DNA of 63,972 nt, filler included, from Neolecta irregularis DAH-3 (GCA_001929475.1; 4 parts of 4 records of this genome joined end to end with filler, not necessarily neighbours in it); one strand, 5' to 3'; counted from the first letter of the whole stretch, positions 1-13,006 are shown. Notes: generated by a model from the letters alone, not told the origin. Translations and numbers: made by a program.

Positions 1-505
1 TGCTGGCCGCCTACCGGAAAAATCTGATCTCTGCGCCCGCCAGAGCCTCTCTGGCGGGTGGGGCCTCTCAGGTCGGATTTTTATGCCTCCCGCCTTCACC
101 AAGAGACCCAACGACCCACCTGGAGAATGCTCTGGCAGGCTGTTAGGTTGTATGGTGGTTTGGTATTTTCCTCCATGTGATGTTTCTTCAAAGGTCCCCT
201 TTTGGCTTTCTTGTATTGAATTTGTTGGCAGACCATTAGTTTCGAGGAACTGAGTTGTGCATACGGCCAGCAATAGCAGATATCATTTCGCATTGCCATA
301 TAGTAGTCATGGGGGGAGGATAAATAAAGTCATGTGACGCGCAAGATGCGAACGCTGAACCCACCACCAACACGTCGCCGGATCTACAATTCGCAACAAA
401 TCGTCCGCCTGCAGCCATCTACGCGCTGCCTCCGAGTCCAAAAGGACGTGATCTTGCTGCCGCTGGCTGTTCTATGCGCAGACGGTTGCAGTCGCGTTAA
501 ACACA

Positions 506-1976
506 ATGGGCAACAGCATTTCCAGGAGGCCCGCCGACACTTCCACCGCCGCCGGGCTGTCCTCGTACCCGTCCTTTTCCAAGTCAGACACGCAGGACAG
601 CAGGCGCTCGTTCAGCTCGTTGCGAAAAAGCGCACGCGAGAAACTGCGTATTTCCGGCCCGAACGGATCAGAAACCGAGACTGGTGGTCGGCGCGGCAGC
701 ATCGCGTCGTCGCGAAGGAGCATCGACGAGAGTAGTGCACCGCCAGACCCGGGTTCTCCCGACCCTCTCCCGGTCCCGCTCGTCTCTCCGCCCCAGGGCC
801 CCGCCTGCTCTCCGGCTCCGGCTCCACCCGATCCGGTTCTACCCGCAACCATTTCCCCTCCGGCTTCCCCCGGAGCCCTCCCGCGGCCCGCTACACCCGC
901 CGGACTTGCCCTCGACGACTATATTTCGCGCCTGCTCGATGCCGGCTACTCTGCAAAGGTCACAAAGACCGTCTGTCTCAAAAACGCAGAAATATTTCAG
1001 ATCTGCCTGGCAGCCCGAGACACGTTTCTCGCGCAATCGGCCCTGCTGGAACTCGCGCCGCCGCTCAAGATCGTCGGCGATGTGCACGGGCAATACTCGG
1101 ACCTGCTGCGCCTGTTTGAGATGTGCGGATACCCGCCAAGTGCGAATTATCTGTTTCTCGGCGACTATGTAGACCGCGGCAAGCAGAGCCTGGAGACAAT
1201 TCTGCTGCTTCTGTGCTACAAGCTGAAATACCCAAACAACTTTTTTCTGCTACGCGGAAACCACGAATGCGCAAACGTCACCCGCGTGTATGGCTTCTAC
1301 GACGAGTGCAAGCGCCGCACGAGCATCAAAACATGGAAAGCCTTCATCGACACCTTCAACTGCCTCCCCATCGCCTCCATCGTCGCAAACAAGATATTCT
1401 GCGTCCACGGCGGCCTCAGCCCTTCCCTCCACGCCATGTCCGAGATTCATACCATAAATAGACCCACAGACGTCCCAGACTATGGCCTCCTCAACGATCT
1501 CCTCTGGTCAGACCCCGCAGAAACTAAAGACGACTGGGAACCAAACGAGCGCGGCGTAAGCTATTGTTTTGGTCGAAACGTCATCGACTCCTTCCTCCGC
1601 CGCTTCGATTTCGACCTCGTATGTCGGGCACATATGGTCGTTGAAGACGGCTACGAATTCTTCAACGAAAGAACCCTAGTCACAGTTTTCTCCGCCCCAA
1701 ACTACTGCGGAGAATTCGACAACTTTGTACCATCCATCACAAAACCATACATAGAACTTATCTTTTCAGGGCGCAGTCATGTCTGTTTCAGAAGAACTCC
1801 TCTGTTCATTCGAATTACTCAAACCACTAGACCAAATTGCTTTAAAACAAGAAATGAAGAAAAGACGCAGGAACAAGTACCACTCTTCCCCTTGCAGTTC
1901 TAACTCCCGCAGCGGTTCTTATACAGGTTACCAGAGTCCGCCGGCTAGTCAGACCGCGCAAAGTTTTCCAGGGTAA
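506..1976 (+). CDS. PPZ1: PPZ-type Ser/Thr protein phosphatase (PP1 family, N-myristoylation start)
   Basis: MGNS start, Ser/Pro-rich N-terminus, [29 protein letters not shown] motifs; intron 1727-1769 restores DNFGAVMSV; a possible further small 3' intron. Confidence 0.9.
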
Positions 1977-1987
1977 TAATGCGACAA

Positions 1988-2008
1988 CGGCGGCGGCGGC
2001 GGCGGCGG
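1988..2008 (+). repeat. (CGG)7 microsatellite just after the PPZ stop codon
   Basis: cggcggcggcggcggcggcgg read directly. Confidence 0.85.
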
Positions 2009-2643
2009 TAATGGTGTTGGCATTATTCTTCTTTGATCGTATATATTATCTCCTGTGCTTTTGTGACTTTTTCAAGATTCGGCTGTATTTGGTTGGTCAT
2101 GAATACAGTAAACTTTTTCTTCATTATTATATCGTTTTTTTTATCGATTACATTTACATGGAAGCATGATATTACGACACTTTTTTGTTCGAGTCAGGAA
2201 AGTCAGTTACTTTTAGATAGTGTAGTAAAATCAGATGTCAGCATTTGGCTAATATCATGACTGCAACATGAGAAATATTTGATTCTCGAATATTTCCACA
2301 ACATGAGAATTACCAAGTTATTTTCAGTCTATCACGAACATGTTGCATTATATTCTACTTAACGAGTTGGAAAGAATATTATTCTTGCTTGTTTTAAGAG
2401 AAAGTGATCCTAATTCATTTTTCTACTCATTCAGATTCTAATCCATGTAATTTCAAGTCATTCAGATTCTAATCCATGGGTTCGGATCTTTTTGCAACTG
2501 CATGCGACACTCACATTTAAAAATTGGGCATTCATTTTATCTTAACTATCTTGGAAAGTGTAGCCAATCATCTTGGTTGATCAATGCGCCGCTATAATTC
2601 GAATTGGTGCACCGCCATAGTTGAATTGGTTGATAAAAACACC

Positions 2644-3875
2644 ATGAACGACCCTCATTATCCGGGCTTTCCACCTTTTCTTTCTCGCTCTCAGGATCGT
2701 ACCCATCGACGCCACAGAGCTGTATCGTTGGACATAGACAACGATGGAGATACAGAGTCTTCGAGACCATCAACTGCTGAAAAAATCAAAATGAGTCAAT
2801 TTTTGGAGTACGAAAGCTGGCTTTGGCGTGTCGGCAGGGAAGCACCCGAATTTGGTCTTCTGTTTGCAGTAAGGCTCATGGCTGGTTGGTCGTCTCTTTA
2901 CAGCATGATTACCTAGTCAAAAATCCACAGCTTGACAAATCAAGATCAATTAGCACTTTCAGTTTGGTTTGTGATATTTCTTCTTCGAATCAAGATTCGG
3001 TACTTTTTTCTGCAGCTATGCGTCCTCATTCCTGAAGGCAATACGAACATGTCCATAATGCACTCCTTTATACAACTCTTTTACCAGAATTGGTCGTAGC
3101 ATCATTTTTCATCGTCTCTGGCCATCCACGGCCTTCAAAAGATTTCCTCCTAATGGCACTCTATAACGTTGCGAATATATATAGATCCACTCTTCTGGCC
3201 CATGTATTCGTCGTCGCTTTAGAATGGGTACCCTCGAATATTTGTCCAGTTGCGCTTATAAATACCTTTGTCAATCTTACTAAATCCTAGCCGCGCTAAT
3301 ATTATAGCCTGAATTTATATCCATTTCGTTATCACTCACATTCTCAATGTTTGCATTTGGTGAATTTATTCGAATAACAAGATTCTTTCCTTTCGGTTCA
3401 CAATTCGGCTCATTTCTTTCCCAAGTTACGGATCACCGTGATTTTCGAGGTAAGATTCTAATTTCATATCTTCTCGGATGTTCTCTTCCAGTCTGGCTTT
3501 CCATATATTCCCGCAAAATCTTTCATATTGAAGGATTTTCCGGGATTCTTTGTCTTGGTTTTGGAGATTCCGTCGCAAGTATATTTGGTCAAAAATACGG
3601 TCATAGGAAATAGAAAGGACGGAAAAAGACTGTCGAGGGGACAACAGCTTTTATCGTGTCAGTTCTTTTGGGAACTTGGGTATCAGTTTGGATGAAGTGG
3701 ATCGATACAGGTTTTGGATGTTTCAGATATATTTTGGTCGTCGTGTTAACGGGTATGTACGGTCCAAGTTCATCCTTGATTAAAAGGACTTTTCGAAGCT
3801 TTCACGAGATTCAACGATTATCTGTTAGTACCCGTATATATGTGGTGTGCAATTGTAATAATATCTCGCTGCTGA
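2644..3875 (+). CDS. SEC59: Dolichol kinase (SEC59/DOLK)-like gene, multi-exon, with an in-frame TAG at 3611-3613 (gene or pseudogene)
   Basis: EFIR...DHRD...LLGCSLPVW...GILCLGFGDSVASIFGQKYG-HRK*KGRKKTVEGTTAF...NDYLLVP matches the C-terminal CTP-transferase domain; 5' exon structure uncertain. Confidence 0.7.
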
Positions 3876-4015
3876 CTTGTAATTTACTACAATGGACATT
3901 ATTCACAAGTCAAGTTTCAATCCAGTCGTTCGTCGAAAATAGGAGCCGGAAAACATCGGATTTACGATCATGGGAATATAAAACAACTTAATATCAGTAA
4001 GGGAAACTCTCCAAC

Positions 4016-4872
4016 ATGACTATCGCAATCATAACAGGAGCAGCTCAAGGTATTGGAAAGGCAATTGCTTTGCGACTTGCTCGAGATGGTATCGATGTCG
4101 CGCTATGTGACCTCCAAATCCAACAGACTCTTCTCGAAAATACGAAGGCAAATATCGAAGCACTGGGTAAATTTCATTTAATCCCACAAAGACTAATTTT
4201 AAGGTCGAAAATCCATAATTCTGATGGGCGATATATCCTCTTCGATATTCATTGAGACCGTAATCTCCGAAACCGTATCACGTCTCGGGCCACTGGACAT
4301 TATGATCGCTAATGCCGGAATCGCAGGGACCTACTCCAAAATCTCAACACATTCACTCGATGTTTTTGATAAACTTGTACAAACAAATATTCGTGGCACA
4401 TTTCTTTGCTACCAACATGCTGCAAATCAAATGGTAAAACAAGGTGGCAAAGGAGTGATCGTTGGAGCGGGGAGTGTAACAGGTCAACAAGCTCTGCATG
4501 GATATCCCGTCTATGGAATGACAAAGGCGGCGATCAGAGCATTGACTCAATACACTGCCCAGGAGTTTGGAAAACAAGGGATTCGATGCAACTCTTACTG
4601 TCCAGCTTCTGTTGAGACAGAAGTATGACCTGATTACTTGATATGACTAACAGCCCTCATAGATGGTTATGAAGAGTTTTGCTACGATCGCACAAGCAAC
4701 TAAGACCCCCCTTGAGGATCTCAGAGCTAGTTACTCTGGAATAAATGGAGGAATGTGTACCCCGGAGGATGTAGCGAATTTGGTTAGTTGGTTATGTTCA
4801 GATGAGTCATCTTTTCTTACAGGCCAGAGTGTTACAATAGATGGAGGATATCTGATGAAACATAACCTTTGA
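4016..4872 (+). CDS. Short-chain dehydrogenase/reductase (acetoin/diacetyl reductase-like)
   Basis: TGAAQGIG, NAG, YGMTK, TGQSVTIDGG; introns 4167-4203 and near 4624-4662. Confidence 0.9.
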
Positions 4873-4953
4873 ATATGTAAATATCAGAATTTGACAACTC
4901 TTGAATTGTGTTTCTTTCACTCTCTCTGGATTATTGGGCAAAGGATATAATAG

Positions 4954-5633
4954 TTATAGGAATGCCAAAATTATAACCTGATCAATTGGACCGAATCGGT
5001 GCAGTTTCCATCTGGCCAAACAGACGAGGTACTGAAATATTAATGCTTGCTCAAGTTTACCATCATACCTGATGAACTCGATTGTATCTTCCATAGTCTT
5101 CCCTTTACAAATATACCAAAAATAACTGTTCAAGAAAAATCGTCCATCCCTTCCAACGCTAAATGCTTTGGTCACTGCCCCAGCCGGTGGTGACTCGGAA
5201 AATTGAAAAACAGAGGTACAGTCAACGAAACCTTTCATTGCAGACTCTGAAACCAAGTCTCCAGCAAGATCGATGATTCCCATCTTCAACACAGTTGCTC
5301 CAAGAGGAAGATTAGTATCTCTGCCGATTATAACACAGCTATTTCCAAAACAATCTGGGAGAAGGTAAAGGGTCTTCCCATTGTCTAGTCATCAGAAAGA
5401 AGCTATTAACCAGGAGTGTACAAGCATCATCCCAATAGCCGATGCTAAGAGAAAACCAAGTCAGGATATCACCATTCTGCATATTAATCGAGTTTACCAA
5501 AGAACTTCGTACAGTCGAAGCAGTAGCAAACCATGGTCCCCAAATTTGAAGTAGACTGAGAGTGGCCAAAAGTCGGTTGTGATGAGAGACCATAATACAC
5601 TGTAACGCAAATGAAATTTGTTTTTCAAGCCAT
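4954..5633 (-). pseudogene. Possible decayed gene remnant (GFA/Mss4-like zinc-site similarity)
   Basis: Stop-interrupted frame ...FICVTVYY...MVCYCFDCTKFFG resembles the CxCxxC of GFA domains; weak. Confidence 0.2.
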
Positions 5634-6484
5634 GCTTGTCTACTCTTTATATTTTCGACTGATGTAGTTCCGAGTTACACAAAATATGATCCTGCTGGAA
5701 CTTGCAATCAAGGGTGTTATCTATTCCATGCTCGCAAGTCCAAGTGGATTTCCCCAATCAAGTCATAGTTTGTGATCAGAGGATCCATAACGCACAAGCA
5801 TATTAGGGACAATCTCTCTTTAAGGTGCCAAGAAAACCCTTCAACATTGGTGACATATGAAACGTGATCCAAGATGGGCTGTAGAAGCCAAGAGGGAAGG
5901 AATCATGCAAGTCGCGATTGCTATAGCTCTTGCGATTTTCTCAAGTTGGAGGTAGAGAGAAATAAAGAGTAAGAATCACAAGAAGAGTTGCAATGATCTT
6001 ATGATTTTCGAAAATTATCGGGTTTTATTTTTCGTGAATGAATCAGAGATGTAGTTTCGTTATATACCTCTTTCCTACAGAACGGGTTTCTAGAGCAAAG
6101 AAGCCAAGAAAGATATTGTAGAAAGAACCACCCTGTTAGTTCTGCATACTCTCCATACAAAGAGCGCTCCTCTTGGAATATGTGAGGTTAAGAGTAATCC
6201 TGATCGTAAAATATTTTTGCAGTTGCTTCAAAGGCTGCAGAAAGAAGGACTGAACAAGAGCTGAGAAGGAGCAAGTGAATACTACAACCCATGAAGAGAT
6301 CAGAAAAATTAAACGACAGTTACAGCAATCAATTTAATTGAAGTTTATTACTTGGGTAAAACTGGCTCAACAGCATAAAAATCGAAGGCACAGTAAAGAC
6401 AGAAAATCTTCAAATCTCTAAAGGTTGCTTTTGAGTCAGCGGTTTTAACCACGTGTCACTAACTTGCTCAAACTACAAATTTTG

Positions 6485-7314
6485 ATGGCCAAGAAGCGTA
6501 AATTCGATAGCCAGCCTAGTCGGCTGTTCACCAGCGGCCCGATAGACTCTGAAACAAATCAAAGATCTGCTTTTCCAGTAAAACTCGCAGATGAAAATAT
6601 TACCACGGATGTTCCATTGGATGGATTCGATTATCTGAGAATGGTGCGGTATTCTTGTCGTCTGGTTGGATACAGCTGACTTTAATAGAAACCAAGCGAG
6701 AAAGGCGCCAAGCTTTACTTTCTCGGAAAAGCAGCAGGCCCATATGCCTACCCCAGCTGTGGAGCAAGAGTCACGAGAGACAAAGGCTTCAGGGATCTAC
6801 GAAGAGTGGCAAATACAGTTTCTTGCCAGGTTTCGCGAATTGAGACGGACAATGTCATCAATCCTGATGTCGAAATCGAATTTTCCAAGCACACAAAACA
6901 GCTGGCTTGGATTTGTAGCTCTCTCGAATCCAACATATAAGAATCTTCGCAGCACATCAAATCCTGTCGCTATACAGTTCCTTAGTCTATCGGCTTACTG
7001 GCTTGAGAATGAATACACGCCGCAGCTGGTATGTTTCTCCTAGGCCGCCTGAACCAATTGCTTAGGCGAAATGGATATTCGCGTTTTTGGTAAGGGTGGA
7101 TGACACTTTGGAGTTTGAAGAAGTCAGCGTATTGCGCGACCTTGCGAAGAAATCATGGGATCTGAAGGACACAGTATTATCTCGTTCCATTTATTTCACT
7201 CATTCTTAGGGAGAAATTGGATTTCGGGCGATTTGCGAGATGGTGATTGTTATTGTCTCCGAGATTTTTGGGCAGCATGATTTGAGAAAGGTTTATGAGC
7301 CTCAGGTTGAGTAA
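6485..7314 (+). CDS. GEMIN2: Gemin2/SIP1 (Brr1/Yip1-like) SMN-complex subunit
   Basis: PLDGFDYLRMVR-QA, W..FL.RF..LR, WIFAFL, LRDLAKK, C-terminal FGQHDL; three short introns. Confidence 0.8.
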
Positions 7315-7911
7315 TATTCGATTACTCATTGTCGCACGCTTTCATTTCATTCAGAGTATCAACGACGTCTTCCAGGGCTGCACGTAAGGTCATGAAGCGA
7401 TTGTCTTCAGATTGTCTAGAGTTTCTGTTCCCTAATATTTCAACTCAGTGAGTTGGCATTTCGATGGGCCGATTCAAGGGACTGGAATTCGGAAGTCGTT
7501 TTTGTTTTTGCTCTTGAGAAGATTTGTCTTCAATTTACCAAATTAAGTGCGCGTTCGGTGCGCGCCAGATTTTATGGAACTTCCCTATTCTTCGTAAGGT
7601 ACAACACTTTCTTGGAATAATTTTTGCCGAGTCCTTCCAAATTCTTCATAATAGAAAAAACAGGTCCACGCCTGTTTCTTTTTTCACGACGACACCTGAG
7701 AGCAGAAATCACTTTAGTCCCTCCATTATTTGTCCAAACCATAGAGTACGAATAAGACTATGTTTCATTTCTAGCCTAAGTGAACTTGAACTTTGTCTAG
7801 GTAAGGCCATCTATCTACTTAATACAATTTTAATTTCCGCAATATCATTACAGAGCTCTTTCCGTAATGGTAAGGTATGCCAAAGAGTATACTCTCACAC
7901 TTGTCATTGAT

Positions 7912-8752
<841 letters not shown>

Positions 8753-9036
8753 ATTTTGATTGGAGAAAAGTGGAGACAGAGCACCTCCATTTATGCAATG
8801 CTTAAATACAGAAATCTTGTTAAAAAGATATCATGGGTTCCCTTGTTGGCGTGTTCATTAAACGAAACTAACGACCAAACTAAATGGAGCCTTGTCTGGA
8901 TTTAGGAATGCAGATATCTTACCTGCTCAGCAAATTCCCAGAGCGTTTCCCTACAATTTTCAGTAAACATAAAGAAATCCGGAAGATGGATAGATTGATT
9001 TTGATATGATTCGGAGAGTATGCATGGTATTGCCAG

Positions 9037-9179
9037 ACTTGCTTGCTTGCATATTTCAGGGCTTTGGAGTTGCTTGCTTGGATTTACTTGCTAACATGTA
9101 AGTCATTCAAGTCAGACTTGCTTGCTTACTTGTTTATAAGCAAGTAAGCAAGCAAGTCCGGCGGACAAAAATAAGCAAG
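9037..9179. repeat. CTTG/CAAG-rich repeat with an 18-bp perfect inverted repeat (9115-9158); possible DNA-transposon/MITE end at the contig break
   Basis: gacttgcttgcttacttg-tttataag-caagtaagcaagcaagtc; CAGGG start near 9057. Confidence 0.5.
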
Positions 9180-9279
9180 NNNNNNNNNNNNNNNNNNNNN
9201 NNNNNNNNNNNNNNNNNNNNNNNTTAATTAATTAANNNNNNNNNNNNNNNNNNNNNNNNNNNNNNNNNNNNNNNNNNNN
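9180..9279. other. Artificial scaffold-concatenation linker
   Basis: N run + TTAATTAATTAA (stops in all six frames) + N run, 100 nt; the same linker recurs at 30449 and 61703. Confidence 0.97.
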
Positions 9280-9919
9280 CATTCACTCCTGATAAACTTG
9301 TTGCGAACGTGGATGATACCGTTGAATTTCAGTTTTATCCAAAGGCATCACACCATCTGTCAGTGTTGACCAGTAGAATCACTCTCTCGCTTCGTCGACT
9401 TTTGCGAATCCCTGCACTCCAATCAGTCAATCTAGCGACGGAGATTGGAAACAGGGCATTTGGTCTGGCTTTCATGCTGTTTCAAATAGCGACAAGACTA
9501 TTCCTACATTCACAATTAAGATCAACGATACAGATTCTATATGGTTATACTGTTCGCAAGGCGGTAAGTTCTACGATCAAGAGTTCAAGTGACAGTAAGA
9601 CCACTGTCAAAGTGGAATGGTGATGGCTATCAACCCAACTTTAGACAAGACACTGGCAAAGTATAAGGCGGCCGCTGCAAAGGCACCAGCAAACATTTCA
9701 CCTTGCTGTTCTTCAGGGTCGTCATGTTGCACAGCCACGCCAACCAGCTCCACAGCAAATCATGCATCTGTAACCACCAGCGCACTTGCTCCGAATAGGA
9801 CAGTAACTAGGTCTGCGCTTTCTGTAGTGGACGCCCCTTCAGCAGGAACTTTTACTCGGGCAGGAGTAATGTTTACGACGATGGTGGGGATGGCGGCTGC
9901 AATCTACTTGACCATGTGA
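9280..9919 (+). CDS. Secreted/GPI-anchored cupredoxin-fold Ser/Thr-rich protein, 3' part (5' part at 30245-30448)
   Basis: FTPDKLVANVDDTVEFQFYPK|NHSLASSTFANPC...WLYCSQG|DHCQSGMVMAINP, Ser/Thr tail and hydrophobic C-terminus. Confidence 0.8.
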
Positions 9920-10179
9920 CTAATCTTTGCGCAGACTCAATTAGACGTGATTGTGCGTAATAAATAGAATAGAGGGCGGTTCGCGTAAAGGTCGAATGGC
10001 CGGCCGCCCGGCCTCTTCCGAATAGGATGTTTCCATCTGTCAATATTTGCTCGTTGCTGGTGCTGGATAATTAAACATGTAGATTGCATTAACGCCCTGG
10101 AATTGATATTAGAGGAATTAGGTAGGGCCTGTTTGATTTTAGAGGGTTGAATTATCATCTCAGCTGTTTTGTGACCTCC

Positions 10180-11289
10180 ATGGAGACTTTTCCCGACTTT
10201 GATCCGTCGAAAGCAGACTTTTTATGGACGTACCAAGAAGAACCCCACCGAACCCGGCGGCAGGAAATCATCAAAGCCCATCCCCAAGTATTTCCCTGTA
10301 TATTCCAACCAACATCATAGGTGTCGAAACTTTGTGGACCAGAGCCCCTGACTAAATACATTGTCCTTTTTGTAGTCCTGTTACAAATCACCACTGCCTA
10401 TCTCCTGCGCCATACAACCGTGTTGTCAGTGAAATTTCTGGGCGCAGCGTATATCATCGGGGCAACCGCGAACCAAAATCTTTTTCTGGCAATCCACGAG
10501 CTTTCGCATAATCTAGGGTTCAAATCTCCGTCACTCAACAAAATATACTCGATATTCGCGAATCTTCCTATTGGGGTTCCGTATAGTGCGGCGTTTAGGG
10601 TGAATTAGCCGACTGTGGGGGCTGATAGGTAGCCGTACCATCTCGATCACCATAAATATCTGGGGGTAGAAGGCATCGACACCGATTTGCCGACTCGATT
10701 GGAAGCATTCCTTCTCAACAACATCCTCGGCAAGGCATTTTTCTGGTACATTTTCCCGAGGGTTACGCCTTACACGCTAGTACTTTTCAACTCTTATTTT
10801 ATGCCGTGCGACCCATTTTGGTTACTGTGAAGCCATTGACGTGGGTTTCTTATTTAAACCTAATTTCGCAGTTTCTCTTTGATTGTGTAATTTACAGGAT
10901 ACTGGGTGGGACGGCACTGCTCTATCTGTTTATTTCGAGTTTCCTAGCCGGAAGTGTACACCCGTGTGCGGCGCACTTTCTCTCGGAGCATTATCTGTTT
11001 GACAGGAATGGCAAGGACCGCGGCCAGGAGACGTTTAGTTATTACGGGCCGCTGAATATTGTTTGTTATAACGTCGGATACCACAATGTTTGTGCATTCC
11101 AGGGCAAACTGACGGCAGGAACATCATGATTTTCCGTATGTGGCGTGGACTAGACTGGGCGAATTACATTCTATCGCCAAGGAATTTTACGAGCCGTTGT
11201 CTAGTCACAAGAGTTGGTCGATGGTTGTTCCGCGGTTTATAATGGATAAACAAGTGGGGATGTGGAGTCGTGTTAAACGGAAAAGGTAA
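10180..11289 (+). CDS. DES1: Sphingolipid delta-4 desaturase (DES1/Dsd1)
   Basis: DFLWTYQEEPHRTRRQEIIKAHP, His boxes HELSH, HLDHH, HNEHH; four short introns. Confidence 0.93.
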
Positions 11290-11332
11290 TAGAAGTGTTA
11301 GAATAGCATGATATTTATACGAGACCGCCAGT

Positions 11333-12871
11333 TTATTCCACTGATTTCAAGACCATTTGGCGAGTCTTGCGTTTATATTCCTTTTTCTGCAGTTCAGTTC
11401 CGCACCAAAGTCGAGCGGCGTCGGTGTTGAGTGTACAACTTGGATCGGTAATAATGTTGTCCAAGTCGAAAAAGGCGATGATTGCGTTGACATGAGCCTG
11501 CATGCTATCCTGCTTTTGAATTCTGTAAAACGGGACACCGTCGACTAGTGTCAGGGGAGCAAGCAGGGAGTGTACCGGTCACATTTGGATGAAAGAAGGG
11601 AGTAAGAAACCTGATTCTGGGCTGGTCGTTTGGGAAATCCGGACTAAGCGATATTTTTATCAGCCAGTGTCCCTCGTCGAAAGGGGTCATGGGCAAACCC
11701 AGGATATTGACGATCCAGACAAAGGGATTGTCGTCTTCGAGCTCGAGGGCAACCATGCAGGAAGAATCTGCGGTCCACTGGCGGACTTGTTCAAACTGCA
11801 GGCGGAGGTTCTCTGCGGGGCCTGACTGTGTCTGGGCGGCGATCATTCCCTGGCGCGCCCAGTCGCGGGTCTCGCTGTCTATTGCGGTACGAATGTGGGC
11901 GAGCCGGCGGAGAAGACTTGAATAATTAAAGGAGCCGGTCATGCCGTTGTCTGCGGTTTCGAAGAGGGCCTTTTCGAACAGCTTGCCGTCGATGTGGGCT
12001 TTGCGCTCCGAGGAGCACATTTCCTGGCGATTAGAGGGCAGGGGAGAATGTATACGATGTAGCGGTCGCAGTACCTAGGATTAGGGCGGTGTGAGGGCGG
12101 GCGCACCAAAGAAACTGACTCTTGCTCAGGTCGTCGAACACGCCGGGGACTCTTGCGTCGTGGGGCGCGGTCTTCTCGCCTGTGAGGGGATCGAGCGAGA
12201 GGACGGCTTCCAGTTTGATGCAGACGCTGATGCGGAGGGTCTCGTGCCTGATTTTTGCGGCGTAGCAGCGGCGCTGGGCATCGCTGGAGCGGCGGCCGGC
12301 CTCGAAGCCGGGCTGCGGGTCAGCGGAGTCGGGGCACGGAGCACGGGGCACGGAGCACCTCGTTGTTGTACTGGAGTCAGCGGGCAGTAGCTCAGGGCGG
12401 GTACGGGGTTGTCTGACAGCACGGAGCGGATCGAGATGAGGATGGAGGCGATGCCGTGCGCCTGCGACCCTGGCGGTCAGCGGGGCGGGCGGGGCGGGCG
12501 GCAGCGGGCGGCGCACATTGCTCGTCGGCGTGGCCGGCCCAGGTGCCGAGGATGCTCAGACACACCTTGCCGCTGGCGTAGAGGTTTGGCCTGGAGTCAG
12601 CAGGGCGGACTCAGGCTCAGACTCGCCCGAAGCGGGCGCGGCCGTGGTTGGTCGTGCCAAAGACGCAGCCTGCGGTCAGCGCAGCGCACCAGCACCGGGG
12701 CGCACGCGGGGGCTGCGCCGGGTAGTCGGCAGGGAACACGAGCGCCAGGTCGAACAGGCCGAGGGCGTAGCTGCGGTCAGCGCTCGCCGCAGGACGCAGG
12801 CGCACGGCGTGTCTGGCGGGCCGACCAGCAGCGCGTGCACCGTCAGCAGGCCGCAGCCCGCAGCGACTACC
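11333..12871 (-). CDS. Tandem-UBC-domain ubiquitin-conjugating enzyme (UBE2Z-like N-domain), 5' truncated by a gap
   Basis: GPPDTP, PNLYASGKVCLSILGTW, RHETLRISVC; second UBC fold GLPMTPF...FPNDQPRIRFLTPFFHPNV. Confidence 0.8.
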
Positions 12872-12881
12872 NNNNNNNNNN

Positions 12882-12996
12882 TATCACACCATCTGTCAGT
12901 GTTGACCAGTAGAATCACTCTCTCGCTTCATCGACTTTTGCGAATCCCTGCACTCCAATCAGTCAATCTAGCGACGGAGATTGGAAACAGGGCATT
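12882..12996 (+). repeat. Gap-flanked near-copy of 9346-9460 (allelic assembly fragment, 2 SNPs)
   Basis: 115 bp identical except T/C at 12882/9346 and A/G at 12930/9394. Confidence 0.9.
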
Positions 12997-13006
12997 NNNN
13001 NNNNNN

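Noticed and set aside
2428-2478. 20-bp direct repeat CATTCAGATTCTAATCCATG
   Set aside because: Two copies only in AT-rich intergenic DNA; likely a local slippage duplication.
9224-9235. TTAATTAATTAA palindrome recurring three times (also 30493 and 61747)
   Set aside because: It is always centred in a 100-nt N block, so it is an artificial six-frame-stop linker. Adjacency across it carries no biological meaning.
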